Assembly (NCBI GenBank): GCA_963734635.1
Contig: CAVTIA010000013.1
Span: 14,649 to 78,648 of the forward strand
Reading direction: 5' to 3'
DNA length: 64,000 nucleotides
Source: an uncultured Acidobacteriota bacterium
Lineage (GTDB): Bacteria > Acidobacteriota > Vicinamibacteria > Vicinamibacterales > UBA2999
Shown here: positions 1 through 8,167 of the stretch, piece by piece
How positions within the stretch are numbered: the stretch's first letter is position 1
Layout: the number at the start of each line of letters is the position of its first letter
The notes under the pieces: generated by a model
Told to the model about the DNA's origin: nothing
The model's input: the letters and a program-made list of their open reading frames with translations, nothing else
Database searches by the model: none
Position numbers and translations under genes: made by a program

Positions 1-649
1 CCTGTGCGCCTGGGCTGGCGGGAACTGAAGCGGACGCGACAGCGTGCACGATGAATCGCTGCGGTGCCGAACCGATGTAGGTGAACGGGTAGCACGTCAC
101 GAGCGTGAGCGTCGGGGCGCGCGTGGGATTGAGCACCCACGTGTCCTTGGGCGAAACGACCGTTAGCGTGTTGACCTTGAACATGAACGTTCCGGTGGTA
201 GTGACCACACGGATGTCGTCGGCTGCACGAATGTCACGCAGGCGACGGAAGAACGTATCGCGATGGCCGGCCAGCCCGATGTTGCCCACCTCACCTGGAA
301 GCGCGGTGCCGGCAATATGGCCCACCGCAAGCCGGAGCGTCTTTGCATCGCTGCCAGCGCGAATGATGGCCGATACACCAAGTCTCGGGATCTCAATTCT
401 GCCTATGGCGGAACCCGGGAGTGGTTGAGGGGGTCGGACGCGACCGGGCGACTGAGGTACTGTCGGCGCCGTCGACAGAATCATGTCGAGCTCGCGATTC
501 TCGAGCTCCTGGTACAGCCGTGATTCGATCGCGACGTACGCGTAATAGCCGAGGCACGCGATCCCCGCGACGAACAGTACGCCCTCGAGCCATCCAATCA
601 GGCGCGACCTGAGCGAGCGCGGCGCGCGCGCCGGCAGCAGAGGCTGCAC
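1..649 (-). CDS. sortase-family transpeptidase (3' end runs off the window)
   Basis: My own minus-strand translation from GTG at 649; absent from the ORF track because there is no stop in the window. It has a TM helix LIGWLEGVLFVAGIACLGYYAYV, then sortase motifs LAGHRDTFF (His), TLTLVTCYPF (TLxTC Cys) and QRFIV (Arg). It starts 5 nt after the VWA gene stop. Confidence 0.75.
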   Translation of the reverse strand, partial: MQPLLPARAPRSLRSRLIGWLEGVLFVAGIACLGYYAYVAIESRLYQELENRELDMILSTAPTVPQSPGRVRPPQPLPGSAIGRIEIPRLGVSAIIRAGSDAKTLRLAVGHIAGTALPGEVGNIGLAGHRDTFFRRLRDIRAADDIRVVTTTGTFMFKVNTLTVVSPKDTWVLNPTRAPTLTLVTCYPFTYIGSAPQRFIVHAVASASVPASPGAQ

Positions 650-653
650 CTGT

Positions 654-1580
654 TTACCGGGTGTCCGCATGATGATGCGCCCGATATCCATCGCGACTTT
701 GCACCCGCAGGTCCCTCTTGCCGGGAGCGCGCACGAGCACCTTCACGCGGCGGTAGGTACCGTCGTGCGCAGCATTGGAAGGGACATACCCGATCAAGTA
801 GCCGCGGCGGATGTTTCCGGCAATCCGGTCGAGGTCTTCGACGACTTCCCGATCACTGTCCGGGAAATACGCCATTCCGCCGGTCACGCGCGCGAGCCTG
901 CGAAGAAGCCCCGCGTCGCCACCGGCAGGGTCGCCGTAGCGGTCCGCGTTGGAGACCGTGTAGACCATCGTGTTGCTGGCTCGCGCGCGTTCGAGCATCA
1001 CGTCCTCTGAATTTGCGCTCGCGTTGTCTTCGCCGTCAGAGAGTACGACGAGCACGCGCTTCTGATTGCTCGCGGATTCGAGACGATTGAGCCCCGCGAT
1101 CACGGCGTCGTACAACGCTGTTCTGCCACCGGGTCGATACCGTGAGAGCGCCGCCTGGAGCAGCGTTCCGCGATCGGTGAACAGTGTTCCGCCGGGCAGT
1201 CCGAATTGAATGTGTTCGTTGAAATGAATCGTGAACAGCTCATCGTTTTCGTGGCTCGACCGCACGAACGCTGCGCCGCCGGCGATGAGCATGCCCTGAC
1301 GGGCGATCATCGAGCTGCTGTTATCCAGAATGAGCCCGACGGCCACCGGAACGTCAGCTCCGCTGAAGAACGTGATCTCCTGCGGCTGTTCATCCTCGAA
1401 TACGCTGAAGGCGCTCTGCGGCAGCTCGGGAACCGCGTCTGACCGTCCGTTGAACACATTCACGTGCAGGACGACCAGGTCGGATTCCGACCTGAAGACG
1501 TCCTGCGTGTTCTGTCCTGCGACGAGGGGCGCACAGCACAGCGCCGCGAACACGACGACACGCATCATTTGCTGCACCAT
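654..1580 (-). CDS. secreted von Willebrand factor type A (VWA) domain protein, acidobacterial VWFA-related type
   Basis: ORF of 308 aa. Signal peptide MMRVVVFAALCCAPLVAGQ. MIDAS motif LILDNSSSM, plus later VLVVLSDGEDN. No C-terminal sorting signal. Confidence 0.85.
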   Translation of the reverse strand: MVQQMMRVVVFAALCCAPLVAGQNTQDVFRSESDLVVLHVNVFNGRSDAVPELPQSAFSVFEDEQPQEITFFSGADVPVAVGLILDNSSSMIARQGMLIAGGAAFVRSSHENDELFTIHFNEHIQFGLPGGTLFTDRGTLLQAALSRYRPGGRTALYDAVIAGLNRLESASNQKRVLVVLSDGEDNASANSEDVMLERARASNTMVYTVSNADRYGDPAGGDAGLLRRLARVTGGMAYFPDSDREVVEDLDRIAGNIRRGYLIGYVPSNAAHDGTYRRVKVLVRAPGKRDLRVQSRDGYRAHHHADTR

Positions 1581-1592
1581 GGAGCCCCTACA

Positions 1593-1627
1593 TAGCTCGT
1601 AGCTGGTAGCTCCCAGCTGGTAGCTGG
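1593..1627. repeat. five tandem heptamers (tagctcg tagctgg tagctcc cagctgg tagctgg)
   Basis: Read directly. Lies 13-47 nt upstream of the VWA start codon (minus strand). Contains the 8-bp palindrome ccagctgg. Confidence 0.8.
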
Positions 1628-1792
1628 AAGCATCTTGTGTACCTTTGCGAGCGCAGCCTTATTCGCGGCGCAACAATTCCCTGTGATTCGAGGCGAACGC
1701 TCGCGGCAGTGAGCTGAGCAGAATGCGGGTTTGGTTTGTGCGTCGACCTGAGGAATAAGCGGAAACGATGCGCGGAAAGGGAAAGGTCGTTG

Positions 1793-1963
1793 CTACTGTT
1801 TCGGCGTGCCCGGTTCGTCAACGGACCACCAGTACCCGCAGGCGGGACAGTGAAAGACCAGCGTATGCGGCAGCTTGTTCTCGATGAGGGCCACCGGGCG
1901 CTCGCACGCGGAGCAGATGAGGCCGGTGTGTCTCGGTGGTGTCAATGGTGCGGGGGGAACCAC
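1793..1963 (-). CDS. small zinc-ribbon protein (start uncertain)
   Basis: C-terminal part of ORF 1793..2248 reads ...GLICSACERPVALIENKLPHTLVFHCPACGYWWSVDEPGTPKQ (CxxC...CxxC). The upstream part of that ORF overlaps the + strand gene and looks like shadow. GTG at 1963 is one possible start. Confidence 0.3.
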   Translation of the reverse strand: MVPPAPLTPPRHTGLICSACERPVALIENKLPHTLVFHCPACGYWWSVDEPGTPKQ

Positions 1964-2086
1964 GCGGCCCTGAGAGGCAAGGCAGGTACCACGACAGAAG
2001 ATGCTCGTTCTCGCTGAAACCGAACAACGCCTGCCTTGGAAGACGCCCAGCGGGCAGACAAAGGTCGGGTATCCTAAGTACACACC

Positions 2087-2800
2087 ATGCTTCGACGTGC
2101 CGGCATCCTGGTGCTGGTCTTCTTGGTTTCTGAGGACCTTGCGACGGCAACGACGATCGTCATCATGCGTACGACGACGGGCTTCGTCGTTGGCGCGGAT
2201 AGTCTCGCACGGGTCGAGGAGATCAACGGGACGCTCCACGCTGCACACATCTGCAAAGTCGGATCACTCGGCCCGAATCAGTACGTCGCGGTCGCCGGCA
2301 TCCTCGAGTTTTTGCCCAGCGGCCTCGACACGTGGAGAATCATTGAAAAGATCGCTGCGAGAGGTGGGCTGCTCTCTGCCAAGGGAGCACAGATCGAGTC
2401 AGAGTTGCGTGGTCTTTTGGACGCGACCGCACCATGGTCCGCCGAGCCGGTAAAAATCGAGGTGGCACTCTTCGGCGTCGAGGCCGGCGAGCCGGTTCTT
2501 CTTCTGAATACTTACGAATCAAAGGTCGATGGCGCAGGGAAGATCGTGTCCAGAACCTCCACGCAACTTGTGTCGGACGAGGTACTGTTGTTCGGCGAGT
2601 CTACGGCTGCAGCGGTTTTTGCGAAATCACGCGGCCGCATCGACAAGGAGGACCCCGTTGCTGGTGTTCGCGAACTGATCCAGGCCCAAATCCAAGCGAC
2701 GCCCGATCGCGTGGGGCCACCGATCAATATCTTGAGAATCGACGCGGCTGGGTATACATGGGCAGAAGAAGGGCATGTATGTTCTACCCGATTGCCGTAG
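2087..2800 (+). CDS. proteasome/HslV-like Ntn-hydrolase homologue with hydrophobic N-terminal extension
   Basis: ORF of 237 aa. After MLRRAGILVLVFLVSEDLATA comes TTIVIMRTTTGFVVGADSLAR (compare HslV [21 protein letters not shown]). Then ICKVG...YVAVAG, ALFGVEAGEPVLLL, LLFGESTAAAVF and a C-terminal DRVGPPINILRID, in the same order as proteasome beta-fold motifs. Confidence 0.5.
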   Translation: MLRRAGILVLVFLVSEDLATATTIVIMRTTTGFVVGADSLARVEEINGTLHAAHICKVGSLGPNQYVAVAGILEFLPSGLDTWRIIEKIAARGGLLSAKGAQIESELRGLLDATAPWSAEPVKIEVALFGVEAGEPVLLLNTYESKVDGAGKIVSRTSTQLVSDEVLLFGESTAAAVFAKSRGRIDKEDPVAGVRELIQAQIQATPDRVGPPINILRIDAAGYTWAEEGHVCSTRLP

Positions 2801-2894
2801 GGACAAATCGCGGGGACAAACGCGGTCGAGCAAGCGGGACGCCGCGTCCGCAGTTGCCCGTAAGTCATTGATAGAATTAGATCGCTAACCTCGG

Positions 2895-2983
2895 GCCGGA
2901 GTGGTGAAACTGGCAGACGCGCCGGACTCAAAATCCGGTGGGGTTCACTCCCCGTGAGGGTTCAATTCCCTCCTCCGGCACCA
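2895..2983 (+). tRNA. tRNA-Leu (anticodon CAA), type II with long variable arm, CCA encoded
   Basis: Acceptor stem GCCGGAG/CTCCGGC. Anticodon loop CT-CAA-AA in GGACTCAAAATCC. Long variable arm GGTGGGGTTCACTCCCCGTG. T-arm AGGGTTCAATTCCCT. Discriminator A plus CCA. Confidence 0.9.
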
Positions 2984-3481
2984 ACCTTCGCTCACGCTCG
3001 CCTTGTCAAGTCGCGGAGGGCGCGCGCCATACGGCAGCGTGAACAACCCAGCCGCCGAGCAATCAATACGCGACCTCCAATTGTAGGGCACCGATTGTAG
3101 CTGCAGGGAAAGGGCGTCGAGGTCGTCACGCGACGATGGCCGAAATGCAATCGCGGCGAGCGACTCGCCGTGCCAGACGGTGACCTCGCGACGGACGGAA
3201 TGGGTGAAGTGATCAGGCAAGGGATCAATTCGTCGGCCATGTGATGGGCCCACCCGCGAGCTCCCGCCGCGTCGAACTCGTCCGACGTAAGAATCTCCGC
3301 GATTTGCGTGCAGTCAACGATGCCGTACTCGACGTGGGAAGAGCTCTAATCGTCGAAACGGTAGCACCCGCACTGGGGTGATGCCCGTCATGGGCCCCCA
3401 GCGACCACCAGGCAGCAGACAGGTGCGTCGGCTCGCGCGACTCACCGTCGTCGTTGGACGCTCACGCGGTAGAACTCTCCC

Positions 3482-4927
3482 TTACCGGGAGTGGTTGATT
3501 CCCGCAAGTCTCAGCCATTGTTCGGATTCGATGCGCCGGAGCACTCGGTCGGCGACCAGGCGGTGCCCTGCCGCGTTGTAGTGGTAGTGCAGACGAAATC
3601 GAAACAGCGACAGCGGATCATCGCGCATCGCGAACGCCGGATGGAGGTCGATGAGGGGAATGTTCCTATCTCTCACCATCTCCAATACGTGTGAGCGCTG
3701 CCGGCCCGCCACACCGAGATTCCCTCCGTCATAGCGCTCACGAGCCGGGAGGTAGACGAAGACCAGGGTGCCTCCCCATGAGCTCACCCGGTTGTTCACG
3801 TCATCGATGATGCGACGAAGCAACTCGATCAGCGAACGCTCGCGATCGGGTGGAGCGCCCCGTTCCTGACCGTCGGCACCATAGACCAGCCCCAAGGCTT
3901 CCCGCAACGAGGTCAGCTTCAGCGCTGTCAGCACCCTGCTTGGAGGTTCGTATGCCTCGCGTCTGGCACGGCTCTCGCGGTCGACCGCGAGCTGAAGGGC
4001 GAGGTACTGGTTCAGGACTTCCTCGACCTCGCCCTTCCGCTCGCGCAGATTCTGCGTAAAGCCCTCTTCCAGATAGCGCATCAGAACGGGGTGCTTCGTC
4101 TCGTACTCCAGCTCCCCGAGACTTCCCTCGGAATAGAACCACAGGACGACTCTCGGCTGCAGCCATGACAGGTATTCGGTTGTCACCGCCAGGATCCTGA
4201 GCGGTCCGTGGCCGGCCATGCCGAGGTTGAGCGTGGCCGGGTAGTGGCGGCGCACGAGCGCGACGTAGTTCTCGTTGGAGGGGACGCAGAACCCGTGAGT
4301 CCACGAGTTGCCGACCGCGGCGATGTCGACGCGTCCCCAGAGTCCGGGCGGATTGTGAAAGCCGTGCTCGTCGCTCTCGAACGTGCGCCACTCACCGGCG
4401 TCAATGCATGTGACCGTCGGTCGATATGGGAATCCACCCAGGGGCACTAACTGCGCACCCGCGGGTGCCGCGCTCGTCGACGCTCTGGCGGGGATTGGCG
4501 TTCCCACAAATTGAACCGCGTTGACGCCGGCCCTTCGAGCATCGGCCACCACCTGATCTGCGTCGCGCGTCTCGACGAACCCGCCGGGCGCGACACGGTC
4601 GAGTTTCTCAAGCCGGCTGGCGCGGTCGGATCCGCGTCCAGTGAGGACGACTTCGGTCCCGAACACGACGGTGATCAACGCCAGAGTGGTCACAGCGGCC
4701 GCAACCTTGTGAGTCGGTCGCAGCCGCAGCGCAGCAAAACACACACCCGCGAGAGCCGCAGGCACCCCGAAATACCAACCAATGCCCGCAGCACTCGTAA
4801 GGCGTCGTTGACCCGTCAATCCGTACTGATAGAAGAGATACAGGAGCGCGAGGACCGAGGCCATACCGCCGACGGCCAGGACTGCATTCGCCACGCGAGT
4901 ACAAAAGGTCAATCGTCGGGAGATCAT
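3482..4927 (-). CDS. membrane-anchored SGNH/GDSL-like hydrolase family protein
   Basis: ORF of 481 aa. N-terminal TM helices, DIAAVGNSWTHGF (block I-like), and C-terminal HYHYNAAGHRLVADRV (block V-like His). The assignment is motif-level only. Confidence 0.55.
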   Translation of the reverse strand: MISRRLTFCTRVANAVLAVGGMASVLALLYLFYQYGLTGQRRLTSAAGIGWYFGVPAALAGVCFAALRLRPTHKVAAAVTTLALITVVFGTEVVLTGRGSDRASRLEKLDRVAPGGFVETRDADQVVADARRAGVNAVQFVGTPIPARASTSAAPAGAQLVPLGGFPYRPTVTCIDAGEWRTFESDEHGFHNPPGLWGRVDIAAVGNSWTHGFCVPSNENYVALVRRHYPATLNLGMAGHGPLRILAVTTEYLSWLQPRVVLWFYSEGSLGELEYETKHPVLMRYLEEGFTQNLRERKGEVEEVLNQYLALQLAVDRESRARREAYEPPSRVLTALKLTSLREALGLVYGADGQERGAPPDRERSLIELLRRIIDDVNNRVSSWGGTLVFVYLPARERYDGGNLGVAGRQRSHVLEMVRDRNIPLIDLHPAFAMRDDPLSLFRFRLHYHYNAAGHRLVADRVLRRIESEQWLRLAGINHSR

Positions 4928-5261
4928 CCGCTGGCTCCGCGAGTAGCGATCAATCGTCGCGCGGGACTCGCATGTCGCGCGGACAGCACCGCATCATACA
5001 AGATCGAGCGCGGTCAACGACTCGCGCGGCTCGGTGCGCGTGATAGTACGGGCGCTTCCATTACTTTCCATGACCCATTGCACTGCCGTGATAGGGCGTC
5101 GAGGTCAGCCTGATGGGCGGGGAGCGCGAGATTCACGGTTGAACCACGTCGGGCATACCTGATCAGTTAGCCACCGCTCGACCGAAGGCGCATGTCCCCT
5201 ACATCCAGGTCGGACTAGGCGATCACCTTAACAAAGGCACATTGACTTTCGCATTGGCTGC

Positions 5262-6229
5262 CCTGGTCGCTGGCCCTAATCCAGGAATTGGAGGGCGGCG
5301 CCTCCATTCGGTCTGGTTCAGCTAGGGTACCGCGATTAAGGCTCGCGCTTCGGCTCGCGACTGAGTGGGTCGAGTCTGTGTCAGCGCACTGTCTCTGGAC
5401 GCGGATATCCGCGCCTACTTTGACAGCATCGATCAGACGAAGCTGCTCAAGCTGGTAAGTCTGCGAGTCTCGGATCGGCGGGTGCTGAAGCTGCTGCGGC
5501 AGTGGCTCGCCGCGGGTGTGATGGAGGAGGGCCGGTGGGCTGGCACGCCGACGGGCACCCCGCAAGGCGGGGTGATCTCGCCGCTGCTGTCCAACATCTA
5601 CCTGCATGTCCTCGACCGGCTGTGGGAGGACCGGTGTGCGCACCTGGGCACGCTGGTCCGCTACGCTGACGATTTTGTGGTGATGTGTGCCACGAAAGCG
5701 GCGGTCGAGGAAGCCCGGCAGCGGGTGAGCGCCGTGCTCACGCGTCTCGGGCTCGAGCTGCAACCGGAGAAGACGAGGCTGGTCGATCTCTCGCGCGGTC
5801 GCGAGGGCTTCGATTTCCTCGGGTGTCATCTGCGCAAGCGATTCAGCGGGCCGCTGTGGGCACGGACGCATCGCCGCGTCTATTACCTGCAGCGCTGGCC
5901 GTCCGCGCGCGCGACGGCACGGGTGCGTGCTCGCGTACGGGAGCTGACGCCTCGCCGGTGCCACGAGGAGCTCCGCAGCGTCATTGCGGACCTCAATCGG
6001 GTACTGCGGGGGTGGGGGCGTACTTTCGTACGGGCAATGCGGCGATCAAATTCGTCCAGATCGACCGCTTGTCGTGGAGCGCTTGCGCGCCTCGCTGATC
6101 AAACGGCATGGCGCGCGGCTGCGCCCCGGCCGTGTCGAGGCGTGGCATCGTCCCTTCTTCGAGGCCTTAGGACTCTGCCGGCTTAACGGAACGATTCAGT
6201 ATCCGGGGACAGCACAATGCCGCACTTAA
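5262..6229 (+). pseudogene. group II intron reverse transcriptase/maturase, N-terminally degraded and multiply frameshifted
   Basis: [31 protein letters not shown] and [10 protein letters not shown] (YADD) lie in ORF 5365..6186. The maturase tail is split: LRGWG (frame 1), [17 protein letters not shown] (ORF 5685..6098), [18 protein letters not shown]...LNGTIQYPG (ORF 5984..6229). Upstream remnants IRSGSAR...ATEWV are in yet another frame with stops. Confidence 0.8.
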
Positions 6230-6242
6230 CAGGGTCACCGGG

Positions 6243-6275
6243 AAGCCGTGTGCGGGAAATCCGCACGCACGGTTT
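6243..6275 (+). ncRNA. group II intron domain V-like hairpin
   Basis: AAGCCGTGTGCGGGAAATCCGCACGCACGGTTT has an AGC triad at the 5' base, an AC bulge on the 3' strand and a GAAA-type loop. It aligns position by position with the canonical GAGCCGTATGCGATGAAAGTCGCACGTACGGTTC, one nt short in the loop. Confidence 0.7.
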
Positions 6276-6414
6276 GATGGGGGGTGCTATGTCCGATGCG
6301 GCGTCGCCGGCGGAATCGGCTGGCATCTACCCGAACCAACCCAGCCATCGATGGCGCTGACCCCCGGCGGTCGCATCGATGGGAAGTCGGCGACCGTTGC
6401 GCAGATGAAGGCCC

Positions 6415-7194
6415 TCAGTACCAGCCTCGGATTCGATAGTAGGCGATGCCCAGATACTCGTGCGCCGCGTCGGAGAAATCGAGCAACGACCGCGGAGTGG
6501 GCAGCAGTCTCTCTAACGCTCGGTACCACGCCGCCGGTGGGTCATTGGTGACGCGGAAGTCCGTCGGAGCGGGGACGAAGCCGACGGCTGGGCACATCCT
6601 TCGAAAGCTCCCGATCGAGCGCGGCATGTGCAGTGCGCTGGTCACAAGCAGGACTGAGCGGATGCCACGGTTTTCGAAGATTGGGCACAAGTTCCTGGCG
6701 TGCTGCGCAGTGTTGGCGGAGCCGCCCTCCGTCACGATGGCCGTCGGCGGTACCATCAGCGAGACGAGCAGTTCGGCCATGTCCTCCGCAGCGGGGCGCC
6801 TCGCGATTGCGCCAGTAGCGACGCCGCCAGTGCAGATGATCGATCGCGCTTTCCCTTGACGGAACAACGTCGCCGCGTACAACACGCGATCGCCGGCGTC
6901 CGCGATCTCGACGGTTGGCCGCGGCGGCGCATGCTCCAGCACTCCTCCGCTGAGGACGACGATGGCGTCGGCGTTCGGAAGCGGCTGTGGCGCAGGATAC
7001 TGTTGTTCGAGACGCCGCAGTAACGCGTCGTTTACCCATGCGTTCCCGCAGATCAGAAGGACAGCGAGCGCTGCGGCTTCGCAGGTGCGCCGCAACGCGG
7101 GCCTCCGACCCGACACGACGGCTGCACCCATCAGAACGAGTGCCACCGACGTGGGGTAGAGAAGCTTCAGAAGGACGCTGTACAGGGAGGCCAC
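6415..7194 (-). CDS. YdcF/DUF218 (ElyC/SanA-like) family protein
   Basis: ORF of 259 aa. N-terminal TM segments, then IVVLSGG...RVLYAATLFRQGKA..IICTGG...VLLVTSALHMPRS, typical of DUF218. Confidence 0.8.
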   Translation of the reverse strand: MASLYSVLLKLLYPTSVALVLMGAAVVSGRRPALRRTCEAAALAVLLICGNAWVNDALLRRLEQQYPAPQPLPNADAIVVLSGGVLEHAPPRPTVEIADAGDRVLYAATLFRQGKARSIICTGGVATGAIARRPAAEDMAELLVSLMVPPTAIVTEGGSANTAQHARNLCPIFENRGIRSVLLVTSALHMPRSIGSFRRMCPAVGFVPAPTDFRVTNDPPAAWYRALERLLPTPRSLLDFSDAAHEYLGIAYYRIRGWY

Positions 7195-7409
7195 ATTGAT
7201 TACCCTTTCCCTTCTATGCCCGAAGACGGTGTGCTGGCAGAATGTTGAGAATGATGCACTGGGCCGCGGGCGTGCCGTCGAGGATAACGCTTCTGTTCGT
7301 CCTCGGAGGTACCGAGGTGGTCAAACCCAGCACTGATTTTCGACCCTGGTTCGAAGAGTTGAAGCAGCGCGTACCGACGAACTGAAGCCTGTGACTCTTT
7401 GGAGAATTG

Positions 7410-7610
7410 ATGAGACTCACCAAAACAGCTCTTGCCGTCGAGATCGTGGCTGTGTTGGGTCTCTTCGTTGGAGTGGAGTGGTTGGCGCACGTCCTGACCA
7501 ACACAAGAGAAAATTTCGTGTTTGCTTTGCTGTTCTGGGGAGTCTATTTGGCTATTCGCCTGGCCACTTCCGCGAGAAAGCGGACCGCCGGATCAGACCG
7601 CAATCCCTGA
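7410..7610 (+). CDS. small two-TM membrane protein
   Basis: ORF 7407..7610. GGAGA lies 6 nt upstream of ATG 7410. Two hydrophobic helices (ALAVEIVAVLGLFVGVEWLAHVL; FVFALLFWGVYLAIRLA). Sits in a locally lower-GC patch. Confidence 0.4.
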   Translation: MRLTKTALAVEIVAVLGLFVGVEWLAHVLTNTRENFVFALLFWGVYLAIRLATSARKRTAGSDRNP

Positions 7611-7647
7611 AAATCGTGTTGTGCATTTTGTGGGAACGTAAGAGATT

Positions 7648-8166
7648 CTACGCGGCAACGCCGACGATTCCGGTCGATGAGCCGCTGGCTCCGCGACGAG
7701 TGCTTGAACTCGTTGGAACGGGTGCGCCCTCAAAGTGCTTCACCTTGCCGGTATCCGCGTCGGCGAGGGCTTCCGCGGTGACATTGAAGCGCGCGAGTCG
7801 GCTAACGCCGCAGACGACGAAGTAGGTGAGGAGCAGCATGTCCCAACCGCCGCGGAGTCCCAGCGTGAACCCCAAGATGGCGGGTGCAACGTCGAACGAT
7901 ATGACGTCCGCAAGAGAATCGAGATCGGCGCCGAGACGCGACTGGCGCGCGTGATTCAGGCGGGCGACGTAACCATCCAGTACGTCGCAGACGAGAGCGG
8001 CAGGTATGAGCACGAATGCGCTCCAGAGAAATCGCCGCTCGCTCGTTGCCACATAGTCCAGACAGAGAAAAATAGAGATCGTCCCGCATACGGCGTTGCC
8101 GATCGTGAGCAGATCTGCCGCCGCGTACGAGCGCAGCATCGAAAGATGCCGCCCGGTTGAGACCAT
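7648..8166 (-). CDS. pssA: CDP-alcohol phosphatidyltransferase (phosphatidylserine synthase-like), short C-terminus
   Basis: Motif DVLDGYVARLNHARQSRLGADLDSLADVISF (DG..AR...G...D...D). ATG at 8166 lies 1 nt after the stop of the upstream small ORF. The ORF-track start at 8220 would overlap that ORF. Confidence 0.75.
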   Translation of the reverse strand: MVSTGRHLSMLRSYAAADLLTIGNAVCGTISIFLCLDYVATSERRFLWSAFVLIPAALVCDVLDGYVARLNHARQSRLGADLDSLADVISFDVAPAILGFTLGLRGGWDMLLLTYFVVCGVSRLARFNVTAEALADADTGKVKHFEGAPVPTSSSTRRGASGSSTGIVGVAA

Positions 8167-8167
8167 G

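Larger units (their letters stand above)
5190..6305 (+). mobile_element. decayed group II intron remnant (degraded RT/maturase ORF plus domain V/VI region); 5' RNA domains missing; boundaries approximate
   Basis: RT/maturase motifs are spread over three frames, followed by a domain V-like hairpin 14 nt after the last ORF fragment. Confidence 0.75.

Noticed and set aside
3091-3124. Shared segment agggcgtcgaggtc (3111-3124 and 5093-5106; about 27 of 33 identity when extended) flanking the SGNH-like gene, considered as possible direct repeats or att sites of an inserted element.
   Set aside because: An exact 14-mer is expected by chance several times in 64 kb of GC-biased sequence, and the extended similarity is modest. 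A more likely explanation is two decayed ...DLDALS...-encoding fragments. I kept it only as context in the tRNA-island finding.
2945-3253. ORFs 2945..3253- and 2992..3240- as intact genes.
   Set aside because: The first overlaps the tRNA-Leu gene. Neither has a convincing start or full-length protein-like sequence. At best they are fragments of a frameshifted relic.
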